Of a stretch of DNA of 64,000 nucleotides, positions 40,201 through 50,400 are shown in pieces. The stretch is from assembly GCA_040954595.2 (NCBI GenBank), contig CM082579.2, forward strand, positions 1,563,908 through 1,627,907, read 5' to 3'. The DNA comes from Balanoglossus misakiensis (taxonomy: Eukaryota > Animalia > Hemichordata). Position numbers and translations under genes: made by a program. How positions within the stretch are numbered: position 1 is the stretch's first letter; each line of letters begins with the position of its first letter. The notes under the pieces were generated by a model. It saw only the letters and a list, made by a program, of their open reading frames with translations, made no database searches and was not told the origin of the DNA.

Positions 40201-42777
40201 GTAAATATGAAATGTACAAATATTGAATAAAAAAACATGCAATTATGCAAATTGAAATTATGTCTAAATATACCCAACAGGACAAACTAAACTACTGGTA
40301 CTACTTCTAGTTGTAGCTGTGCATACCAGGAAAGTGAGGGGGAAGTGAATTCAGACACCGATATGGCTACCTTTTGTGTTAGCTTCATTAGCGTACGTAA
40401 TTGTTTCATGGACTGTCACGTAACAATCACTCAACAGAAACAAGATTTATTCATTGTGTGTCAGCAAGCCCTCAGTGCCAGTTGATGGATTAATCCTGCA
40501 CTCAGCCGCTTACCATCTGCAAATTGAGACTAGCTACACCATCTTGTGTACACCTTTTATCTGTATACAAACTATGCAGTCCTTTTTGGATCAGTACAGG
40601 ACATTTCACCTGATCAAACCCCAAAACAATAATACTCATAGTAACCGTGAAAATGTGTCAAAGAATGTCCAATACTAATATTTACTGTTCTTCATCTTTA
40701 GTGCTAACACTATACTTAATATGTTTGAGAGCATTTGACTGAATATGACACGCCACCATATGTCACTCACATTACGCTTGTATTAATTATTGATTCACAA
40801 TTTGTAGTAATACCAGCACCACTAACACAATATCTTTCCCCATTTCTGAAATACTAAACACTTCTAAGAAAATGAAGCTCATTTGCATTCCATGCACTAA
40901 TGGCGACTTCATCATCACGTTTACAGTTCATGTCAGAGTGTCCTTGGCCGGCTTGTCTTGAGCAGGTCATTATGTCATGATTTATTCACACTTTACACAC
41001 ATCCGCAATGATAAACACTGCCTTCCTAGCAATGCTGCCTTCCCCTGTTTCCTGATTTTTTTTGTTTTGATTTTTACAGACAGCTCAGAAATATTTGTTT
41101 GGTGTGGAGCTTTGAAGTTGTATCATGCTGATGCTAACTTAAAAGACACATGTGAAGTCAAGAAACCGGCATTTAGCTCTTATTAGTGAGTTGTCGACTT
41201 TCTTACCCACAATGCAATTATTTTAATGTGATTTGACCCCTTAGCATGAAGTAAATAAGGTAGGGATTAATTCTATACATTTCTTGGCAATAGCCCAATA
41301 TCTGGGGGTACTGAGCCATGCATGGGCTTCATCTCTTCATTATCACAATTTCTGTGTTTAGAATAATGATGTTTATAATAGCCTAAACAGGCTTGTTTTT
41401 TCTTCGCCTAAATAAAAATAAAATAAACCAAGAAAATTTGTTTTGTCTATTGTGGTGTGCTTTGTTGTTTGTGATTAACAATTCACAAGTGTACTAGTGT
41501 GTGCACACAGCCTTTTTGGAATAGAATATTTCATGAAGTCACCATCATATTGGTGGAATTGTCATTAAAATAAATGGTTGCAATGCAATGTTTTTATCTG
41601 TTTATGTTAATTCAAATTCCTTTTTGCTAAAAAAAAATTAATGACCTTTAAAATTTAAGTTATCATTTATGTAAGATTTTGTTTACTGTTTATTATGTAT
41701 TTATTCATTTATTTACTGTTTGATTACATGGCTATTGAATCAATTTTGATAACAATTATCAACATCCCCCATTAACTCTAGACAAAAATGCTCACATGAA
41801 AGCTGAAAGATACAGTTAATAAAATGTGGTTGCACAAAATTCAGCCCATTCATTGTCAAATATTTTGGGGGATAAAAAGCTCTGCCTATATAATATACCA
41901 ACTTGTACACACTACAACTTTTATTTAAATTTTCCGCTTTTAAATGTTACACCGAGTTAAATTTTACGTGATAATAGCACTAAAAAGCAATTTTTTAATA
42001 TGATGACGCACGCACGCGTACGCGCAAACCATGTTTGGGTACCGCGCGCGCGTGTGCATCATGCTACTTTCGCGCCAACGCTTCAGAAATTTCGGCTATT
42101 TTGTCATCTGACACAAAAGCGACGCCCGGCCTTTTACGAGACAAACGTGCGGTGTTTTAAAATCTTTAGAAAATATCAGCGCTTTTCCGAGCGTCAATGT
42201 CACTTTCTTTTAATATTTTTTTCATTCAAAGCGTAGTTTCATTGAAGTTAGCCGAAAAGTTGACCACTCGGAAAAAGTCAGCTTTGAGCGAATACATTCA
42301 ATATGGCGTCCACAGTTGCCAGCAGATTGTGAAGTACATTTGCACACGAAACCTTCACAAACAATACATGATTTAGAATCCACTGTATCGCGCTGAAAAT
42401 AGCCTACTTTTGACACCAGAATAACTACAAAATTTAACGCATTTTACTCACTAACACCACACAATGAAACACCCAACAACAAGTACGATATAACTCTCCA
42501 AAACACCGTCTAAAATAACGCGTGTTGAAGAGAGAATAAAGGCCTTAAAAGCAGTGAAAAATGCGGTTTTTTCTCTCTGTGTATTTAATGAATTTTCGGC
42601 GTGAAGTCTTACCAGGGCGTTTTTCACCAACTCGCCATATGAGAACTCGGGACAGGTTTTCTCGGTTGAGGCCGTCAAAGTTAGTGAAAAACGGAGCGTT
42701 GGTTCAGTCTTCTTGGTCTTTTCTTTGTTATACGCTGGCTGGGCAGAAACTGGAATTATCCTCCGTGGTTCAGCCAT
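34262..42777 (-). CDS. UBN: Ubinuclein (HIRA complex subunit, histone H3.3 chaperone), about 12 coding exons
   Basis: Exon 1 MAEPRRI...[24 protein letters not shown] (42777-42613); IAKRFEAKY (~40020); HRD/HUN domain [21 protein letters not shown]|[26 protein letters not shown] (38998-38604); middle domain [55 protein letters not shown]; long Ser/Thr-rich last exon to stop at 34262. Confidence 0.94.
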
Positions 42778-42855
42778 GGTTTGTTTCCAACGTGTCGCCC
42801 CGATTTTGACGTTTTACCGTAGTATTTCACATACAGTCATGTAGCTGTAAAAACA

Positions 42856-42895
42856 GCCGCCATTTTGACCTTACCGTCGAACGTTACGCATGCGT
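42856..42895 (-). promoter_or_regulatory. UBN core-promoter motifs: YY1 (CAAAATGGCGGC) and NRF1-like palindrome (ACGCATGCGT)
   Basis: gccgccattttg at 42856-42867 and acgcatgcgt at 42886-42895, 80-120 bp upstream of the UBN ATG in a CpG-rich segment. Confidence 0.6.
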
Positions 42896-43706
42896 ACTCG
42901 AAGTACGGAAATGGAGTAGAAAAGTTTGATACTAATCATTGCGTGCATGCGGCGGAATGGGAATGACCTTCACACCTCCGCGCGTAAGCATGGCCGGGTT
43001 TGATAACAGCATACATGATAACAGTCAAGTTCAAAACTACAGATCGTTACACACTTCGTTAAAAATTGGAACAGGTGTTTGGACACATTTATTTGATCGA
43101 AGTGAAGGTGGGAGTGCAATTTATCCACTGAGAACGCGCTGAGCTCGTAGGACAACGCGCAGACCACCCGGCACGCACGCTTAGCCAAGACACACCCCCA
43201 CAGGGTTGCGTTGGCAGTTATAAAACGAATTAGAGTATCTTTCGTTTATCCTTCGCCTACTGCTGGTAAAGTATGACCATAGACCATCTAGCGTATGACG
43301 GAAGAAGAATGTTCGGAAACACCAAAGTTGTATTTTTCCAAATTTTAAGCTATGATTTATTTACAACGTAACAATATAAAAATACACACCTTATCATTCC
43401 CAAAGACACAATCAACAATCAAATTTCCTGAGTGCACAATGTACTCATATCAAAATAAAACTCATACCAATGAAATAAAGGATATATTACAATGGTTAAA
43501 GACTTAGCAAAGATGATATATTCTAAAAGATATACTATAATAAAAAATCTATGCAGCTAAATAATGTCTTTATTCAAATGATTGTGGAAACTAAAGTTTT
43601 GAACTACATGTACCACTGGCATAACATTTGTTTTTCAAGGCATATTTTGAAAATGGCAGTTTGAAAATGGTGGTAATAAGTCATCAATTTTCACTGAACA
43701 AAGTTA

Positions 43707-46700
43707 TCAGCAAGAGACATTAGCCTTGGAAGAAAACTCTGCACTTAAAAGTCTCATGACATCAGCGTGTCTTAGCGATTTCCGTTTGGATTTAACTGTC
43801 GAGTAGTTCTCTTTGACAAACAGTGCAAATTTGTTTGGTGTGCGAGTTTTCGCTGGTGTGCCATCTTTTTTCATTGGCGCCAAAAGATGGAACTGTCCTC
43901 CGCAGTAACCACAGCGATATTTGTCCGTGTCCAGTGATTTTGAGTGACGACCAATCCTGGAGATAGAGAGACAGAGATTGAAGGTGCATTATAGTGAGTA
44001 TCGAGACATTAAAATCATGATAGTCATGCTTAAAAAGTTGCAACACACAGCTTGATAAATTCTAAAGCATATTTTGTGCTTTATACTTACTGATATTTGC
44101 ACTTGATACATTGATAGTTGTACTTTGTGTTAATCTCATATGAGTGACAACGGCTTATGGTTGGTAATGCAGAATGAATCATGTTGGCTTTTCTTGTCCT
44201 GGTGAAGAAGAAGAAGAAGAAGAAGAAGGAATAATAAGCATTACAAATATTAGTAACAAAGAACCAGATACCTAAGTAGTGTGAGGATAACAACCATTGA
44301 TACTTTCATAAACATTCCTGACATAGTTCAGCATACCCCCTGAAAATTTCCCATCCCAGATAAAGAGAATATATTTACCAGTATTTCCAGTGAGGTCCAT
44401 GACCCGCCTTGACTCCATTGATATACCAAGCTGCAGCATGACATAGCTCGTGAATTAACGTGTCGCGAAGTCTTTCTGAAAACAAAACCAGCAACACTAA
44501 CAGTAACTTCCACTGTGAGAAAATGATTTCATGTTGCAAGCATGAATTTATTCATCAAATTACAGTACCATAAAATTTAATATATTTGCACACAGGACTG
44601 ATCTACAACTACTCACCTGCTGAATCACACACTTTATCTGCCAACTCAATCCTGACACTTCTTTGTTTACTTCTGGACATACCATTATAACAAAATCCGG
44701 CAGTTTTTCTCATTTTGCAATTCCATGTAATATTCATATCACAAGGCAACTGAAAAGCAAACACAGGAATTTAGTCTGTTGATGGGATGAGCACCGTCTA
44801 TTCAAAATTTAACATTATTTGTAGGAAAAACTGTACAGCTTTTAAAGTACAGAGAGTGGAGAATGTTATGACAAATTCTACAAACAGTGAATGTCTTGAA
44901 TACCACTATAATTACCTTGTTATCAAAGACACTTTTATTGAATAAAGCAAACAATTTTGTGGTCAGTTCCTCTCTGTTCTTTTTAAAGTCCCTGACATAC
45001 ATGCCATGAATTGTTGGGTTGACTCTGTCCCCTCCGGATGAAAGTGAAGCCAGGAACTCTCCATCGCTATTCCGTGGTTTAGAAGACAACACAGCGTTCC
45101 AGACTTTTCCTTGGAAAGCTGTTGTGACCTTTGACCCAGCCTCTTTAGGTGTTGCCAACTTGGGTTCTGTAAAAAGTGGTGTGCATCATTAAAAGGACAG
45201 ACGCTGTAACTTTTGGCTTTTTCAGTATTTTTTTCAGTATCAAGTGCACTGTCTTCCATTTTCAAATGTCTATCTATGGAGTGGTGACTCAATCAACTGA
45301 AGTGACTCTTAGTGTCTTAATAAAGAAAATTATGATGTTACCATTTACAGACGGTTGCTTGTGTTTCTTCTTCATGACTAGTTCTTTCGGTTTTCTGGAA
45401 GAAAACAACATCATACACAGTGTGACAACAGCTTAACCTTTTTAATAAAACTGTTCTGCATAGATAACTGATACACTAGATCATACTATGAGACAAATTA
45501 GTGGTTGTATGGTGTTCTTCAGTAATTTTTGTACAACTACTAAAACAAGAAAATAAGTTATATTTACCTGAAAGGTGTGACTGGTGTTCCTGTCTTCCTG
45601 AACTGTATTGTCCTCTTTGGAGTTTTTAAGGAAGCTACAACTGCAAGTTTGATAAAAAATAAAAATAATTGTGAATAAGCCACAGGCCAGAAAGATGGAA
45701 AATGTCTCAAACTGCAGTTACAACAAATATTCTACATTAAACTCTTACAATTTTCAAAGTCATCATCATCATCTTCACTGCTATCACTGTCAATGATGGA
45801 TTGTTTCTGATGTCGATATGTCCTGCAAAATACATTTAAGACAAAAAATGTCATTTTCAAAGAGTGATCATGCAATGCTGTTATTAAAAAAGGGTTTCAC
45901 AGTAATCTTTTTTCAGGACTGTTCTAACTGTTAGTGTTAGGGGCGAATAAACTTAACACGTGCAATTTAAAGGAATTCCAGCAGTGAAGAGTGACATCCT
46001 ATAAACAAGACCTTTTTTGTTTCTGTTGTTGCAGTTCGTTCTGATGAAGTTTGCTATCACTTGCGTCCCAATGCCTTGGAGGTGCTCTGAAAACAGAGTT
46101 TGTGTTGACGTCATCGTCTAGCAGCCTTGATGTGGTCTTTTTCTGTGGACAAGTTCTGTACAGTCGTTCTTTGAGCGGAATTGAAAAATAGTCATCATCA
46201 TCATCTGAAGTCTCCAGAGATTCTTCATCATTTGCATCATTACTGCTGATCACAAACACATCTGTATGACCTTGATTTGACCTTGCCAAGCCAAGCTCCT
46301 CATGGCTGGCTTCTGAGGAAGATTTCGAGAGATCATTCTCCCATGCAGTGTCTCTCACAATGTCTGCATTTTTAGTACACCCGCTGTTTTCTTTGTCAGA
46401 GTTGTTGGCACTGCTAGATCCTGAGGAAGCAAGAATGTTCTCTTCTTCAGAGTCTGATGACAAGATAACTACATCTTCAGGAGTGGGTTTCTGAAGAGGT
46501 TTTGCTTTGACTTTATTAGTTTTCTGAAACAAAGCAAAGCAAGACATCATATACTAAAAATAACACTGGTATATGCTTAATGAAAATGTGACAAGTCTGC
46601 ATGTGCATTTGTTTTACAGGTCATTGAGTTGAGCATTTCACATACTGTATTTGTGTACTGAAACTTGTCAAGCTGTAAATATACTAGTATTTTATTATTT

Positions 46701-46876
46701 TACATCAGGATTGATCAATCAACACCACCAATGCTCAGTTACATTTAGCCCGCCCTCTATTGAATGTAAGTCCCATCATAAACTGCACTTACAGTTACAC
46801 GACCATCTCCCTCATCGCCATTTAGCCATCCAAGCTTATCGCCAACACGCAGAAACAAGTCTTCAATGTCGGACAT
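43707..46876 (-). CDS. GCNA: Germ cell nuclear acidic peptidase GCNA/ACRC (acidic disordered region + SprT metalloprotease + zinc ribbon + HMG-box-like C-terminus), 10 coding exons
   Basis: Exon 1 46876-46793 MSDIEDLFLRVGDKLGW..., with an in-frame stop upstream. Acidic D/E/S-rich exon 46522-46012. SprT segment FALFNKSVFDNKLP..ITWNCKMRKTAG, RLRDTLIHELCHAA (HExxH at 44452-44438), GHGPHWK, RCHSYEI; CIKC...CGYC zinc ribbon; PNKFALFVKENY...HADVMRLLS; stop at 43709-43707. Confidence 0.92.
44204..44227. repeat. (GAA)8 trinucleotide repeat forming the polypyrimidine tract of a GCNA 3' splice site
   Basis: Minus strand reads (ttc)8accag|G ACA AGA AAA GCC... Confidence 0.85.
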
Positions 46877-47427
46877 CTCATCGAGTTCCCTGCCGTTTTA
46901 TTTTATTCCGTTGCCTGGCTTTAATATTCACGCAACTCCTAAGTCTTTTGTCGATTCTCAACTCCACCAGTTCAAATTTCCCACTACCCATTTACGATAA
47001 TTAAAAATGCCCTCCAACTTACTGAGAACTGTTAGATTAAAGCCCCTTGGGTAAGTAAGAAATGTTCTTTCCCTTCGCGTAATGTCGGGCACGATTTGCA
47101 ACACTTCGCGTTCTACCCAATAGTTGGAATAAGAATAGCAAAAATAAACTAAAACGGTCTTAATAACCTTTATTTCATTATTTCTTGTTGGCATCTGTCC
47201 TAACTTTGACTAATAAGAAGATGACAGAAAAATGGGCAATTATCCAACAAAAATACTCTAGGACGAGGAAGAACTTGCGCGCGCACAGCTGCTACTTCAC
47301 AATAAAAACAGCTCCAGTTTTGGAAAATGTTACCATCATGAGTTTGTTATCTTCATGATTTTTACGCCCGAGTCGATAACTTCATGTCAGAAGCAGCGCG
47401 GTTTGCCCATCTTTACAAACTCTAGCA
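46877..47427. promoter_or_regulatory. Probable bidirectional promoter shared by GCNA and PAN3
   Basis: Divergent ATGs at 46876 (-) and 47428 (+), 551 bp apart, with locally elevated CpG. Confidence 0.65.
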
Positions 47428-50400
47428 ATGAATAGTAATGCTGTTGGGCCCAAAAAGATGGCTGTATGTCGATACTGGGCTAACAATCGGACGTGTTTTT
47501 ACGGAGACGAATGTCAGTTTCTCCACGATCGTGCGCCTAATATGTCGGGTGGTATTTCACCTGGTAAAAACCCCATGAAATCGGGTATTCCCGATAGATC
47601 AACACGAAATCGTAAGTATAGCCATTGCGCTATTATTCTGTCGCAGATTTCTACATGCCCCAGATCATCGTCCAGGGCGAAGGCCCCTGGTTTTAGTGAC
47701 CGGATGTCACTTGTCAAAATCCCTTCGTTAGCATATTGAGTCTTCGCAGCCAGCTCATCCAACGCAACGGTGGACAAGCTTCGCGTCATAGTGTACACTG
47801 TGTAAACGATCGCAGTCAGTGTGGCTGTTTCACCTGTTGATGAAGTGCAGCACAGTGACATTTTATTAGTCGGAGGCAAGCCTAGCATATTTTACGCCAG
47901 GAATAGACTCGTGGACATCGATCAACGAACATAAATAGGCTCATAAAAACAAAACTACTGATCGAGTTAGTGTTTGTGTGTCTCTGATAAAAATCGTACT
48001 TCGACAGTATTTATCAATTCCGTCCTGTTTGCGATACACCAAAGTACGAGTCATAGCAAGAATAATTCTCAGAGAATTTAAGTTACAATATCATGGCATA
48101 AAGTATGAAAAATAACTTGCCAACTTTAGTTAAAATGGCATTGGTGATGATTTGAATGCAAATGATCAGTGACCTAGATTTGGCAGTTCAGACTGCAGTG
48201 ACCCATATAACCCAATACAGAGTGTTGAACAGCTATAAGAACCATAAGAATAAGTCGTACATACTAGTTTAATGTTTACTAACGGACGGGGGGGGGGGGG
48301 GGATGACAACTACAGATGGTGGCAAATTGTACATAATCATTTAATGAAAATTGCTCTTTACAGTGGGTAACCCCGGGAGACCACAAGACCAATTCTATCA
48401 ATCACCATTCAACAATATGAACATGGGAGAAGTCAATATGCCATTTCAGCAGGACCTTTTGGGCAACTTTGTGAGTTAGAAGTGTTACTTGTTATGTTTG
48501 TCAGGAACCGTTATCCGGCAGAAAATTAAGCAATAAAACACCCCCAGCCATGGTATATCACGAGATTTTGACCAGTTCACGACATATACGCACGAGCGAT
48601 AGCGAGTGCGTATATGGAGTTGAACTGGTCAAAATCGAGTGGTATACCATGGCTGGGGGTGTTTTATTGCTATTATATTATGCCAGTATATTGAAACTTT
48701 GCATAAAACATTTTAAAAAGGCATTTTCTTTAACTATGATATATGACTGTGGTATATGGCTAATATATCACGGTCACGTGTCGTGTCTCGACCAATCAAA
48801 TAGCGTGATTTACACCATCAATATACTGGTATAATATAATACAACATACATTACATGTTCAAATATATATGTACATTGTAATTGAATTCATATACACTGT
48901 GAAAGTTTGCTTGTAAACAACATTTATTCATGAAGAAAAAACAACATATTCAGGGTGAATGATTTTCAGATAGTGTTGACACAAAATAGCACTGATTGAT
49001 AGGGGATACTTGTACTCGGAGATAACTAACCATATGTTTCTCATTTAAATAGCCAATTGGTAAAGACTCCGGTCCATTTCCTTTCCTTGGTAAGTAATAA
49101 ATAATTCATTTTATTTCTCTCCAAACTCAAAATAGTACATTAACATGTAACATGATTTTTTCCAATGGAAACAAACGTTAACCCTTACAATTGTATTTTA
49201 TAATTCAAATTAAATGACTGAAATTGCAAACACTCAAATTCCTTGCACAAAATGATTTCACACAAACTAGGAATGGTTTAAAGGCCTAAATTTTATCTGA
49301 TAGTTTGTCTCCAAGGAGCAAAGGAAAAAAGGAGTCTTAAAAGGCTGATAAGTACTTTCTAAAGTGTGCTTTTTATCTCATGAAGTCACAGTGAATGTTT
49401 TTGTTAGAGCCTACTCTGAATAGCAGATGTTAATCATCAGTTTCAGTCATTCAATGTAGTCCCTCAAGCACCCTTCAGATTGGCATTTACAGTATTGAGA
49501 ATAGTACTGTGTGGCTATTCTTTCTCTGTAGAATTCAAATGTTTGAGCAGTCTCTGTAGAAAGTACGGCGTGCACTAACAAATGATAGTGAAAGTAGAAT
49601 AAAAGTGCTTTGTGTCGGGATGCACATTTAGGTCATCAAATTTTAATTGCGCACTTTACTTTTCACAAGAGTTTTGCACTAACAGGGTATTTACATTATT
49701 CATGTTTTTCCCATCTGGACTTGTAATTCTGTCTCCTATGTAATAGAAGCATAAAGCGTGGGTCTCCCCTAAGTTGACCTGTGAACTGTTGTCCTGTGAT
49801 TGAACCCACTTCTTTTCATTGTTGGAGTGTGAGCGGGGGCTGCAGGGTTATTGGATATTGATGGCACCACTCTGTGTTCTTATTTTTGCAGGCAACTCCC
49901 ATTCAGATGCTCTGGTTGATGATATGTCTGGGTTGACCATGAATCCGATGAATGATAAAAGGGTGAGGCAGCTTCATCTGTGAAAGTGTTTTTTTTTCTC
50001 TCCCATAATTGACATTTTGAGAGCAAAATATTCACAGTAAAACAAACATGATTGTTTGTATCTTCCCGAATCCGGTCCTATTCCTTCACACATGTAATCT
50101 ACTTCTACCCCAAAAGTGATGACAACACAAAATAAACTTGCATTTGTTATCAATAATTAACAGGGGCCAGAACCTGGACCAAATCCTGGAGCACTCGAGT
50201 TTGTGCCTGGAGCCAAAAATGTTGGAGGCAATGAGTTCATCCCTGGGGTCAGTGAATTTATTCCCAGGTCGAAGTATCCATCTGGTGGTGGCAACAACAC
50301 ATCTGTGTTTCCGCCAACAAATCACCTTTCAGCTGGTAAGTTGTGTTTCATTGCAGAGATTTGCACAAACAGGCAACTGTGCTACAGTTTTAAGTAATCA

